Source: an uncultured Eggerthellaceae bacterium | GTDB lineage: Bacteria > Actinomycetota > Coriobacteriia > Coriobacteriales > Eggerthellaceae | DNA length: 64,000 bases | Assembly: GCA_910588945.1 (NCBI GenBank) | Contig: CAJUSF010000066.1 | Span: 5,785-69,784 of the forward strand | Reading direction: 5' to 3' | Shown: in pieces, positions 19,817 to 29,468 of the stretch | How positions within the stretch are numbered: position 1 is the first letter of the stretch | Layout: the number at the start of each line of letters is the position of its first letter | Position numbers and translations under genes: made by a program | The notes under the pieces: generated by a model | The model's database searches: none | What the model saw: only the letters and a program-made list of their open reading frames with translations | Told to the model about the DNA's origin: nothing

Positions 19817-20704
19817 CTAGAAACTTCTCATACGCTTGCGATAGTCCGACAGTAGACGCTCGTTGGCATTTTGGGCACGAAGTTCGAGAAGCGAAACCAT
19901 GCCTTCACGGTCTCGCGGCAGCACGCCATCAAAATGAACCAGATTAACATCGTGACCCGTATCGATAAACGTCTCGCAATCGACAAGACCATCAATGAAA
20001 TCGCGCATCTCCAAGAAATTCTCCGTTTCCGATGCCGGTTCGAACTCGCCGTTTTGCACTATCTCATATAGAGGGGTACCCTTGAATACCGACATCGTCA
20101 TCACGTTGATGCGAAACGGATCGATGCGATTGAACACCTCAGCGGTGGCCCTTGCATTCTCCGCGCCATTTCCGGCTCCTGCCATGCCGACCAGATAGAA
20201 CAGCGTATAAGTGATCCCCGCATCATCCAGCCGCTTGCACTGCTCCTCGATATCAGCCGCCCTTTGAGGCTTGCGCATGAATTTGAGCGCAGGATCATAA
20301 CCCGATTCGGCGCCCAAAGACAGTCCGTCGACACCAAACGCCGCCCACTGCTCAAGCTCAGCATCCGATCGCGCTTTGATATCAGTCACACATGCGAATC
20401 CACCGATCGACTTCACGCTTGGCAACTTCTCGCGAATAAGCTTTAGGCGCTCTACCAGCTGATCATTAGGTATTCCAAAAGGATTCGAACCGTATAGAAA
20501 CACGCGATCATACGCGCGCCAGTTCTGTGCAAGCTCGTCAAGATCTTCTGCGACCTCTTCGATGGGTGTAACCTCGGAAGGGCCAGAATGCCTTGAACAA
20601 ACCACGCAATACAAACATCTCCCCCAAGTGCACCCAATCTGCACCTGAAGAAGAGCAGATGCCCGCTCAAAACCAAGCCTATGCGGCTCCTCGGAGAAAT
20701 GCAT
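19817..20704 (-). CDS. radical SAM domain protein
   Basis: 295 aa. The N-terminal Cys motif is QIGCTWGRCLYCVVC. The downstream GG/TIM-barrel-like blocks (VFLYGSNPF, GVDGLSLGAESG) are typical of radical SAM enzymes. Confidence 0.75.
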   Translation of the reverse strand: MHFSEEPHRLGFERASALLQVQIGCTWGRCLYCVVCSRHSGPSEVTPIEEVAEDLDELAQNWRAYDRVFLYGSNPFGIPNDQLVERLKLIREKLPSVKSIGGFACVTDIKARSDAELEQWAAFGVDGLSLGAESGYDPALKFMRKPQRAADIEEQCKRLDDAGITYTLFYLVGMAGAGNGAENARATAEVFNRIDPFRINVMTMSVFKGTPLYEIVQNGEFEPASETENFLEMRDFIDGLVDCETFIDTGHDVNLVHFDGVLPRDREGMVSLLELRAQNANERLLSDYRKRMRSF

Positions 20705-20849
20705 GAAGGGCTCCCTTCGACGGCTTCACAGACATTATGCCACGCCCCACCGCGTTTTCACACCTTAAGAAGTCACACTTGAGTCCATCCAAAAAGCGCC
20801 GCCTTAAGCTTGGGGGCTTCTAGCTTAGCGCCTTATCTTTACACCCATC

Positions 20850-21842
20850 TTAGGGAATCGCATCATATGGCATCTGGCGCTTTGCAAGATAGTAGATTCC
20901 CACAACGATAATCATCGGCGGCATGATCAAACAGCCCACTATGATGAGCATCCTCGCTCCGTAAAACATCAAACGATACCTCTCAGATCGAGGATGCCCC
21001 TCCACCGTCATTCGTACAAATGCGCCTCCCGGGGTCTGACCCCCGCTGACCCAAGGCATCAGCACCTCGATCACAATAAAAACCACGAACAATGCTAGAA
21101 CCGTAGCAGACCCGGCAATACCCGTATGAAGCCCTCCGTCGAATCCCAAAAGGCAAGCAAGGGTCGAGACAAGCGCCATCGACAGATAGCCCACGATTCC
21201 TACGATCGTCATATCCAGCAAAAATGCAACAGCTCTCTGCACTATTCCGGGATGAGTTTGAACGCTCTTCTCTACACATTGAGCCTGCGGAAGAATTCGT
21301 TCAATGAGCTTTGCCACAGCCCATCCCGCCAGCGCACCGGCTGTATTCCAGATAAGATCGTCCACGTCGAATGTGCGATATGAGTAGGGATATATCCCAA
21401 ACAGCCCTGTAAGCTGCGCTGTCTCTATCAACAACGACGTTGCAAACGAAATAACCGCTGATGCCTCAAGGCTTCGATGCAGACCGCGCCGCAAAATGAA
21501 TCCAAGCGGAACGAAGAATGCGATGTTGGCGACTATCTGAAACACGGCGGTAAGTCCGTCCTTGCTGATATCACCTATAAATGCGAACGGGTCGAGTTGT
21601 GGCGGAACTCCATATGTGATGCCGAGCCCAGAATCTCCTGAAGGCAGCGGCCATAGCGTGAAGAAGACAAGGCCGAGCGCATAAAGCACGCTCAAATAGG
21701 CCCCGACAACCGACCAGAAGCGCAGCCTGCCATCACGGTTGTAGAGAAATGCGAGGATGGGCAGCGTTAGCATGATCGACGCAAAAGGCCAAACACCCAA
21801 TGCGATCACGAACCTGTCCGTGAATCCACCAAGAAAACCCAT
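20850..21842 (-). CDS. VanZ-like membrane protein fused to an RDD-family domain
   Basis: ORF 20850..21890. The ATG at 21842 follows GAGGGAAGGAGA. The N-terminal half is VanZ-like (FFVPLGFILRR..ETAQL..R.FDVDDLIWNTAGALAG). The C-terminal half has RDD-like TM helices (RAVAFLLDMTIVGIVGY...). Confidence 0.7.
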   Translation of the reverse strand: MGFLGGFTDRFVIALGVWPFASIMLTLPILAFLYNRDGRLRFWSVVGAYLSVLYALGLVFFTLWPLPSGDSGLGITYGVPPQLDPFAFIGDISKDGLTAVFQIVANIAFFVPLGFILRRGLHRSLEASAVISFATSLLIETAQLTGLFGIYPYSYRTFDVDDLIWNTAGALAGWAVAKLIERILPQAQCVEKSVQTHPGIVQRAVAFLLDMTIVGIVGYLSMALVSTLACLLGFDGGLHTGIAGSATVLALFVVFIVIEVLMPWVSGGQTPGGAFVRMTVEGHPRSERYRLMFYGARMLIIVGCLIMPPMIIVVGIYYLAKRQMPYDAIP

Positions 21843-22186
21843 GATGTCTCCTTCCCTCTTCTCAGATACGCCGAAACCTGAGATCATCAAGGCCTCGGTC
21901 GCAGCAAACCGCTCGTTTGATCATGGCGCCAGTTTATTACCTCTGAACAGGAAAAATGGCGGCATTTCGCAAGATGACAAAAGTGTTAGCCGCCGTAATG
22001 AGCCCGTAAGAAAAGCAGCATTTTGAAGAGGTCGATTCGCGTCATGACACATATCAAGTCTTATACTGGAGTCAAATGCGATTCGATCCGCACCCCCTTT
22101 GTGAGCTTCGCTCGTGCATCTTACGCAGGGTGCATGAGAGCAGGAGCTCGACTCGGGCGCTCAATCGGCTCAGATACGAGGTTGAA

Positions 22187-22888
22187 ATGACAATGCTCCA
22201 TTCCAATTGTGCGATCTGCGGGCTTCCGCTCGTATACTCAAACGATTCCCTGGATGTGATATGCGCGATCTGCGGAAAGCCCGATAGCGGACACTGTGTC
22301 TGCGAGGGCGGTCATTACGTTTGTGACGAATGTCACCGCAGGGCTGGGGTCGACCTTATAGTGGATAGATGCCTTCATTCGGATTGCGCGAATCCGATCG
22401 AGTTTGCTTGTGAGATCATGGGCGCAGATGCGATATATGCCAACGGACCCGAGCATCATTCGCTTGTAGGCGCGGTCTTGCTTTGCGCGTACAAAAATTC
22501 AGGCGGAGAAATCGAGCTTGTGGAGGCCTTGGACGAGCTTCGGCATCGTAGCATGCAGATCCCGGGTGGTACATGCGGATATTGGGGATGCTGCGGAGCA
22601 GCAATAAGCGCAGGTCAGTTCCACTCGATCATCACAGACGCCACGCCTTTATCTGAGGACGCTTGGGCAAGTGGAGCGCGGCTGACATCGCGGATTCTCG
22701 GAAGGCATGCAGATATTGGTGGACCCAGATGCTGCAAGCGCACAGCCTTCACCGCCATCTTGGAGGCAGCGGATTTCATCTCTGAAACCATGGGTATATC
22801 GATGGAGACTCCCGAGAAGGTGACGTGCACTTTCATGAGTGGAAATGCTCAGTGTAAAAGGCACTCCTGCCCGTATTTTCCTGCCTAG
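22187..22888 (+). CDS. Cys-rich putative metal-binding protein (DUF5714-like, from memory)
   Basis: ORF 22076..22888. The ATG at 22187 follows GAGG. N-terminal zinc-ribbon-like CAICG..CAICG..CVCEGGHYVCDEC, then GGTCGYWGCCGA, RCCKR and a C-terminal CKRHSCP. Confidence 0.6.
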   Translation: MTMLHSNCAICGLPLVYSNDSLDVICAICGKPDSGHCVCEGGHYVCDECHRRAGVDLIVDRCLHSDCANPIEFACEIMGADAIYANGPEHHSLVGAVLLCAYKNSGGEIELVEALDELRHRSMQIPGGTCGYWGCCGAAISAGQFHSIITDATPLSEDAWASGARLTSRILGRHADIGGPRCCKRTAFTAILEAADFISETMGISMETPEKVTCTFMSGNAQCKRHSCPYFPA

Positions 22889-22989
22889 CAAACTGCGCAG
22901 AAGAATCCTCACGCCTGACGATCCGTCAAGCCTAATGCCTTCGGTGTGACAAGTGGACGTATAGCTTGTCGCACCGCTTGTGCACTAAC

Positions 22990-23080
22990 GAAATGATTGC
23001 CGAGATACTTAGTCGCTCAAACAGTCCTCGTCGCTTCGCTCCTGCGGAACTCGCTTTGTAAGCACCCCGGCAATCATTTC
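22990..23080 (-). repeat. family-A ~90-nt structured repeat (inverted orientation)
   Basis: GAAATGATTGCCGAGAT....CCGGCAATCATTTC terminal inverted repeat. The core TGCGGAACTCGCTTTGTAAGCAC is shared with the copies at 29303 and 57046. Confidence 0.8.
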
Positions 23081-23188
23081 TTGATATCTCGGGCCTAGGT
23101 GGTCTCTCATAACAAACAAAAAAACATCCTTATCGAAACCTTGCGGCAGGGCACACATGCCCTACGCGCAAGGTTTCGAGCACTAAAG

Positions 23189-26100
23189 CTATGCGCTTGT
23201 GCGTTCGCCTCTTTCACGGCGCTTACGCACAGCGAGCGCAATCGCAAAAGCAATAATCGCCACCGCACCATACAAATAAAGCGACCTATCCGTATTTTTA
23301 TCTACAAGAGATGCCATCGGGGTCTCATCGTCTGCAACCTCACTTGCATCCACGTTGCTAGCGTCTGCAGATGTGAAACCATTCAGCCCATTTACGATTG
23401 GCGTTTCAGCCGCATCACCACCATCCTCAACGATCGAATCTGAATCCGAGCTACCGAAAACAGCGACAAGCGACGGGGCACGAAGTGCGGATGACGCTCC
23501 CAAGCCTACACCAGCTGCGCCAGCGCTACCGGATCCGCCGGACTCGCCCGGCGCAACGGGCTCCGCAGGCACGACAGGCTCACTCGGCTGAACCGGCTTC
23601 TCGCCTAGCACCTTATCACGCGCGGCCTTCAAAGCATCTACGGCCTGTTGAAGATCGCCGAGCTCAGGCTCATAAGACGACAGCACGGCCTCGCCGGCAA
23701 CAATAGCCTCTTTGAGCACGTCGACATCCTCAAGCGACACATTCGCAGGCGGCTCGGCAACAAGCGTCTCACATTCCGCAATAAGCTTGTCGAGCTCAAG
23801 AAGAGCTTGGAAAACCTCATGCTCAGAAGCAATGTCGCCAATCAGGTCGCGAAGCGTATATTCGCGGTTGTACTCGGTAACAATCGCCTTGTGATCGATC
23901 CTTATAGATTCGGCCTGCATACGATCAAGAAAATCATCAAGAAGCGCCTCTCCGAATCCACACATAAGCATAAACTCACTTGACGGAACGCTTCCGCCAG
24001 ACACTCCCTCTACCTTGTCGTATCCATCAAGACCGGCAAGGTAACCGATGTGCTGGTCGAGATCAGCCGCATCGACCGTTTCCGCGTCGATCCCCATATC
24101 GGCAAGGATGGCGCGAATATGCGCTCCGCGCGACGTATCGCTTCCAAGGTTGTAGAGAAAAACCTTCGTTGCCGGCAGACTCTCGCCCTCCCGCAAGACC
24201 GGAATGCTCGCACTCAGATAGTCGACCTCTTCGCCTTCCCACTCAACATGCGGAAGACGTAGCTTGATAAAAAGCCTGCTCTCAGGTTCAAGCTCCACGC
24301 CATCAAGGAAAGAAAGCTCGAACTTCCCACGTGTGATCTCGTTAAAGTTGGAGTTGTTCTGCGCGACGCGCTTGCAGACTGCCATGTTCTCCCAGATCTC
24401 GTTGTCCTCGATCTGCTCGTCTGTGTACCATGCCGGAACCTGATATACGCTCACATCGCAGTAAAAATCATCGCCCATCTCCAGATACTCATCGGCATAA
24501 TCAATAGACACCGAAACCGACCTGTCGCTAGGGGCTGCAGCCGCCTGTGCAAACACCACATAAGGCTCACCCCAATCGGGAGACGGCTGAACCTCGACCG
24601 GCTCCGAAAGTGTTTTCACGCCTCCAGCCTCAAGCTCGATCACGAGCCTATCACCTGCGCTCATCTTCCCCGGACCAATGTAGATCGACTGAGAATAAGT
24701 GGTCCTATAGATCGTGCCGCTTGCCAGAGCAACACTGTTGTTTGCGTCGATCTCTTCGCCCTCAGCAAAACGGAAAAGCTTGTATGTGGCCTGCGAAATC
24801 GAGGGATCGAACGAAAGCGATGCCGTCACGCCCGTCATTCCCGCGCTCACCTTGTCATTGATAATACGTGCGTAAGGCTTCTGCTTCTCGGGCGCCGCAT
24901 TGATCTCGGCAGCCGGGCTCGTAACCACATCGCCATTCGAAAGCGAAAGCTGGGCCACCAACGCACACCCTGCAACAAGGCTGCCACTTGCAAATGTCGC
25001 TTTCTGGCTGTATTCGGAAGGGTTCACTGGCTTCACGCAGATCGGATCGATTCCGGAAAGGATATCCGCCGAAACGTTCACGCCTGATCCGGGAAGCGCA
25101 TCAGCTATCTCACTCAAAGGCACGCAATACAGAGAAAGAGTGCCCGAAAGCGAGCTATCGAAATCGGTCTTCACCCACACATCGGTTCTGTCCGCGGTAA
25201 TCGCTGAGGTTGCAATCTCCGTCGACGCTTCCTTGAGAACCGGAAGCACGCTTGTGGCAAACAGAAGTGAATTGCCATAGAAGTATTTCGTTGTATCAGC
25301 ATCCGCGTCGTATTTATAGAGATGCGCGAGAACGGTCTGGCCTGCGCTTAGCTTTGACGGATCGATGTTAAGCGTGTAAGTGCCAGCACCGGTAAATACG
25401 ACACTAGCCATCTGAGTACGGCTGTCGGCATCGTCGTCCGTAGCAGAGGTTCCTCGCGTGATGAAAAGTCGACCACCAATGAAATCGGCGCAACCGCTCA
25501 CATGAACCGTGACAGAAGTTGTCTGCGGCGTGACACTCGTTCCCTCAATGAGGACTTCGTCATCCGCCATCGCGGCGGCAACCCTGAACTCGTCGCTTAG
25601 AAATTCCTCGCCATCTACATAAAGATAGATATGGAATGCCGCGCCTTCTTGAAGCGAAACCTGCGACATATCAAGCACAACCTCGCCCAGATCGTTCATA
25701 AACGACGCGGGATTGCTGAAGTTCTTCGCATCGATCGTGCCATCAGCGAGCACGGGAGCATAGCGCACGATGTTGATCTGCTTGGATGCGTATGCAGGAT
25801 CCGCCGTCGTGATATTAACCTTGAGCTCGCTCGATCCTGCTGTCACAAGTGAATTGAGCGTCACAGTGTAGGGATTGAAGTTTGCCACAATTGACGGCTC
25901 GCTGGAGGCAACCAGCTCGCCTGCGCACAGGATGTGAACCACGACCTGCTCTCCAGCTACCAGCTTGCCTGCGCAATCGACCGAGAGGTTCTTCAGGTTT
26001 GTATCTAGGAACTTGCTCGCTACAAGGGTGCCGCCGTTTGTCGGAAACGATGTTGCTGTTGCAGGATAGGATTTGACCAGCGCAACACTACCTGCTGGGA

Positions 26101-27301
26101 TGGCTCCCTTCAATTCGATATCGATTGTGTCGCTTTTTGCGGTAAGAGCGCCAATGATGAAGGCTTGCGCGACGCTGCTTTCGGCAACGACAAGCGAGTC
26201 ATCAGGCCTGTAGAATTTCGACTCGTAGTCATTTCCTTTGACGAGGAACAAATCGGTGTTCTGGCTCCAATATACTACCGCGCGCACACGATATCCCTCT
26301 TTGAGCGGCGCGCTTAGCGTCACCTCTCTTCCGGAAAACGCCTCGGTCGCATTTATGGGCGAACATAGCTGCATCTGATCTTCGCTCTCGAAGTCGAAAT
26401 CGTCATCTGCGGGATACTGCGCCACCGATACGGTTATCGATATCTCGCCCTTCTTCGCCGCCTCGAAAAGACGTTCGTCGCCAGTAAGACTCACGTGAAG
26501 CGAAGCAGCATCAGCATCGATACTTTTCTCATCGATGGATGCATCGGGATATTCGTAGTCAACAAACGAGCCGCCGTCTTCATCAACGATCGGAATCGGA
26601 GCAGAGTTGACGTTGCGATAAATGTCATCATTCACAGGAACGTTCAAACACCCGATGATGCTGTAGCCAGCTTTGAGTCGCCCGTTCGAGGCAAGCCGAC
26701 AAGCCTGATCGAAGCCATCGGTCACCCTTCCCGACCACAAGCGGATGTTCTGCGATGCATCCGGATCAAACGACGTATTGGATGCATAGGCAAATATCGT
26801 CAGATAGCAGCTTGGCACGGAAGCGTCGAGTGAGACTCTTGCGTTGATAGAGGAGGCATCCGGTGTGAGCTGTCCATCGTTTGACAATGTCACCGAGCAG
26901 TTTGAGAGCACAGAGCTATAGCCGGGTGCAGATATGCCTGATGTAGCGCTTCGGACTGATTGTTGCGTGGCTGCACCTTCTGTGGTTGTAGAAGCATCCG
27001 CAGTCTCCGCAGCCGTTTCGACTGCTGTAGTTGTTTCAGTTGTTGAAGCTTGCTGGGCGCCTTCAGCAAGAGCCGATACTTTGGGCGCAGATGAAAGCCG
27101 AGCGACATCAGCGCTCTCATCGTTGCTGGCACTTTCGGCGCTTCCAACGCTTTCGGTTCGACCTTCATCCTGAGCAAAGCCGTACTCAGGCATCAACAGA
27201 GTCGGAAGGGCCATGGATGCCGCAAGTAAGCACGACATCGCTGCCTTCCCTACCCTGTTCATGGAAAACCGAGGCTTGGAAGGCAGATTTCTCTCCTTCA
27301 T
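23189..27301 (-). CDS. large secreted, membrane-anchored surface protein (repetitive beta-rich modules, DUF3783-like module, C-terminal TM anchor)
   Basis: ORF 23189..27376. The ATG at 27301 follows AAGGGGA. Signal peptide KAAMSCLLAASMALPTLLMPEYGFAQ. Ser/Thr/Ala-rich linker and about 900 aa of beta-rich modules. The C-terminal LYLYGAVAIIAFAIALAVRKRRER anchor has no LPXTG motif. Confidence 0.8.
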   Translation of the reverse strand: MKERNLPSKPRFSMNRVGKAAMSCLLAASMALPTLLMPEYGFAQDEGRTESVGSAESASNDESADVARLSSAPKVSALAEGAQQASTTETTTAVETAAETADASTTTEGAATQQSVRSATSGISAPGYSSVLSNCSVTLSNDGQLTPDASSINARVSLDASVPSCYLTIFAYASNTSFDPDASQNIRLWSGRVTDGFDQACRLASNGRLKAGYSIIGCLNVPVNDDIYRNVNSAPIPIVDEDGGSFVDYEYPDASIDEKSIDADAASLHVSLTGDERLFEAAKKGEISITVSVAQYPADDDFDFESEDQMQLCSPINATEAFSGREVTLSAPLKEGYRVRAVVYWSQNTDLFLVKGNDYESKFYRPDDSLVVAESSVAQAFIIGALTAKSDTIDIELKGAIPAGSVALVKSYPATATSFPTNGGTLVASKFLDTNLKNLSVDCAGKLVAGEQVVVHILCAGELVASSEPSIVANFNPYTVTLNSLVTAGSSELKVNITTADPAYASKQINIVRYAPVLADGTIDAKNFSNPASFMNDLGEVVLDMSQVSLQEGAAFHIYLYVDGEEFLSDEFRVAAAMADDEVLIEGTSVTPQTTSVTVHVSGCADFIGGRLFITRGTSATDDDADSRTQMASVVFTGAGTYTLNIDPSKLSAGQTVLAHLYKYDADADTTKYFYGNSLLFATSVLPVLKEASTEIATSAITADRTDVWVKTDFDSSLSGTLSLYCVPLSEIADALPGSGVNVSADILSGIDPICVKPVNPSEYSQKATFASGSLVAGCALVAQLSLSNGDVVTSPAAEINAAPEKQKPYARIINDKVSAGMTGVTASLSFDPSISQATYKLFRFAEGEEIDANNSVALASGTIYRTTYSQSIYIGPGKMSAGDRLVIELEAGGVKTLSEPVEVQPSPDWGEPYVVFAQAAAAPSDRSVSVSIDYADEYLEMGDDFYCDVSVYQVPAWYTDEQIEDNEIWENMAVCKRVAQNNSNFNEITRGKFELSFLDGVELEPESRLFIKLRLPHVEWEGEEVDYLSASIPVLREGESLPATKVFLYNLGSDTSRGAHIRAILADMGIDAETVDAADLDQHIGYLAGLDGYDKVEGVSGGSVPSSEFMLMCGFGEALLDDFLDRMQAESIRIDHKAIVTEYNREYTLRDLIGDIASEHEVFQALLELDKLIAECETLVAEPPANVSLEDVDVLKEAIVAGEAVLSSYEPELGDLQQAVDALKAARDKVLGEKPVQPSEPVVPAEPVAPGESGGSGSAGAAGVGLGASSALRAPSLVAVFGSSDSDSIVEDGGDAAETPIVNGLNGFTSADASNVDASEVADDETPMASLVDKNTDRSLYLYGAVAIIAFAIALAVRKRRERGERTSA

Positions 27302-27610
27302 ATGAATCCCCTTATCCCCTTGGAAATCGATTATTTCGGCTAATGTATCCGCGTGCATTACAGAATTGTTAGCCATATCTAACTTAAACCAGAATCTAAG
27401 TTAGCCATAGTTAACTTTGCTGTCAAGGGTGATGTCAAAAAATCGGCAAGCACCAGGTGACATTAAGCCCGACCCTTTGGCACCCTTTGCCGATCTGGAG
27501 TTAACCTTTGAAGGCAGTGAGAAATTTGGATGCAGGTGGACGCATAACGGGCTGCAGCTAGATTTCTCGTCGGCTAAAGCCTCCTCGAAATGACAGGACA
27601 AACAACCCAT

Positions 27611-27660
27611 CACTCAGACAGCCCTCGGTTTTGCGTCTGCGGAACTCGCTTTGGTAGCGT
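27611..27660 (-). repeat. partial family-A repeat (core only, no terminal inverted repeats)
   Basis: TCACTCAGACAGCCCTCGG..TCTGCGGAACTCGCTTTGGTAGCG aligns with 23013-23066. Confidence 0.6.
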
Positions 27661-27780
27661 CGCGCACTATGCACGTTCTATTCATAAAAAGTCCAATCCG
27701 TGTGAAGCCTGATACTTCAATCAAATATCTACCCAAGATCATTTACTTTTTAGATCACAAAATACGCTACAGTGCCCCAC

Positions 27781-29067
27781 CTATGCGCTTAGTGTCCCAA
27801 GAGGAATAACGTAGATCCCGTCTTCTGGTCTTTGCCTGGCATATGGTGCATTTGCAACGATAACCGCCATGAATTCTGGTTCGCGATTCTTTGCTGCAGG
27901 ATTCAGAGAGATCTTCTTCTTCAATCGGTTGAGGTTTTTTGCCGCTTCATCCACCTTGGATTCGCTCAGCTTTATCTCGAATGCAGCCCAACGGCCATCT
28001 ATGAGCTCGATTATCGCATCAACCTCAAGACCATCACTATCTGAATAGTACCTAAGTGGTGTCGATGATACATTGGGAAGCAGCCTTGCGTAGACCGAAA
28101 GATCATGAATGCACAAGGATTCAAACATTATTCCTAAGAGCTGGCCGTCTGATAATAGCCGCTCTGGATTTACATTGAGCAATGTTGTAGCCATAGAAGG
28201 GTCGTCAAGATAACGTTTTGGCTTCGTTCGAACCCTTGATTTCGAGCGCACAGGAGCATCCCATCCCGGAAGCTCGAAGATGAAATAATTCATAGTGAAA
28301 TCGGACAGGTATGATCTTATGGTTTCCTCTGATAAGGTTGCGCCGTCAATTTCCGACGCATCTTGAGCGATAGTCTTCAGGTTTGCACTGGTGCCTACAT
28401 TTCTTGCGAGGGACATGGCTATTTTTCGTGACACTTGGGGATCCTTCCCCATTTCGCGCATGCTTATATCGAAGAGCGACTCGAGGTACTGGGATATCAT
28501 CGAATGAGCTTGATTCTCGTCTGCGTTTAGAAGTGCAGGCCAGCCTCCGTTACAGATGATCGTTGCGTAATCGGACAATGTCAGTGTATTGATTCTTGAC
28601 GTAAATTCTCCATTAAAAAGCTTCTCGAGATGCACCTTTCCCGTTGACAAGCCTCGTTCATAAAGTGTCATCGTTTGCATTCTTAGCCGGGCAATTCTTC
28701 CGGCGCCGCTATGTCTTGTCTCACTAGATGGAGGTGTGGAGGAGCCTGTCAGGATAAATTGACCAGGTTTACTGGCAGAGTCATCGATCTCGTGGCGAAC
28801 TTTGTTCCATATCCCTGTTGCATCCTGCCACTCATCTATCGCGTGAGGCTGCTCTCCAAGCAGCGCCAAATTCGGGTCATCGTTGTATAGATCAACCTGT
28901 TCATCCACACGAACAATGCTGTTTGAAAATGCCTCAGCTGTCCAAGATTTACCTGACCATCGAGTGCCGCATATCTCGATTGCTCCAAATGCATTCAACT
29001 GGTTTTCGATAACCTTATCAAGAAGGCGCGGTTTATAGCCCTCAGGCTTGTTTTTGGTGTATTTCAT
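27781..29067 (-). CDS. AAA-family ATPase (AAA_14 / DUF4143-type ATP-binding protein)
   Basis: ORF 27781..29187. The ATG at 29067 follows CCAAGGAGAA. Walker A-like CGTRWSGKSWT. The layout is typical of DUF4143 ATPases (..FILTGSS.., ..GGWPALL.., C-terminal restriction-endonuclease-like EVDAIIEL..AFEIK). The sequence is visibly more AT-rich than its neighbours. Confidence 0.8.
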   Translation of the reverse strand: MKYTKNKPEGYKPRLLDKVIENQLNAFGAIEICGTRWSGKSWTAEAFSNSIVRVDEQVDLYNDDPNLALLGEQPHAIDEWQDATGIWNKVRHEIDDSASKPGQFILTGSSTPPSSETRHSGAGRIARLRMQTMTLYERGLSTGKVHLEKLFNGEFTSRINTLTLSDYATIICNGGWPALLNADENQAHSMISQYLESLFDISMREMGKDPQVSRKIAMSLARNVGTSANLKTIAQDASEIDGATLSEETIRSYLSDFTMNYFIFELPGWDAPVRSKSRVRTKPKRYLDDPSMATTLLNVNPERLLSDGQLLGIMFESLCIHDLSVYARLLPNVSSTPLRYYSDSDGLEVDAIIELIDGRWAAFEIKLSESKVDEAAKNLNRLKKKISLNPAAKNREPEFMAVIVANAPYARQRPEDGIYVIPLGTLSA

Positions 29068-29104
29068 CGATTCTCCTTGGAGATGATTTAAATCAATTAT
29101 ATTC

Positions 29105-29167
29105 CATTTGGTGTTTTCGAGGCATTTCATTTGGTATTTTCGAGGCATTTCATTTGGTATTTTCGAG
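29105..29167. repeat. 23-bp tandem repeat (2 full copies plus an 18-bp partial) in the ATPase promoter region
   Basis: CATTTGGTGTTTTCGAGG / CATTTCATTTGGTATTTTCGAGG / CATTTCATTTGGTATTTTCGAG. Confidence 0.85.
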
Positions 29168-29302
29168 TGACCCCAAATGCGATACACCAGCAGAATGACA
29201 AAGCGAATGTCATCTTAGAGTATTATCACCAAAGACGGCGAGACAACTTGGGGTATTGGCTACGCTTGAAATGACACGAGGTGCAACAAAACTCAACCTA
29301 TA

Positions 29303-29390
29303 GAAATGATTGCCGAGGTGCTTACAAAGCGAGTTCCGCAGGCGTAAGCCGAGGACCGTTTGAGCGACTAAGTATCTCGGTGATCATTTC
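29303..29390 (+). repeat. family-A ~90-nt structured repeat (full copy)
   Basis: GAAATGATTGCCGAGGTGCTTACAAAGCGAGTTCCGCAGGCGTAAGCCGAGGACCGTTTGAGCGACTAAGTATCTCGGTGATCATTTC. The termini pair with each other. An internal GCTTAC..GTAAGC stem is present. Confidence 0.85.
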
Positions 29391-29408
29391 CATCCAGGCT
29401 CACAAAAC

Positions 29409-29437
29409 GTGCGCATCAAGGTCGGATGCGCATCTAC
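29409..29437 (-). repeat. degenerate REP singlet
   Basis: GTGCGCATC-AAGGTCG-GATGCGCATCTAC. Confidence 0.6.
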
Positions 29438-29468
29438 GAGGACCTTTGCACATCCTTTTGTCATCGGA

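Noticed and set aside
20481-20491. GGATTCGAACC, the reverse complement of a tRNA T-loop consensus.
   Set aside because: It lies inside the radical SAM coding frame. I could not find acceptor, D or anticodon arms in the flanking sequence.
23189-23300. Sortase (LPXTG) sorting signal in the giant surface protein.
   Set aside because: The residues before the C-terminal hydrophobic segment read ..ETPMASLVDKNTDRS.. with no LPXTG-like motif.
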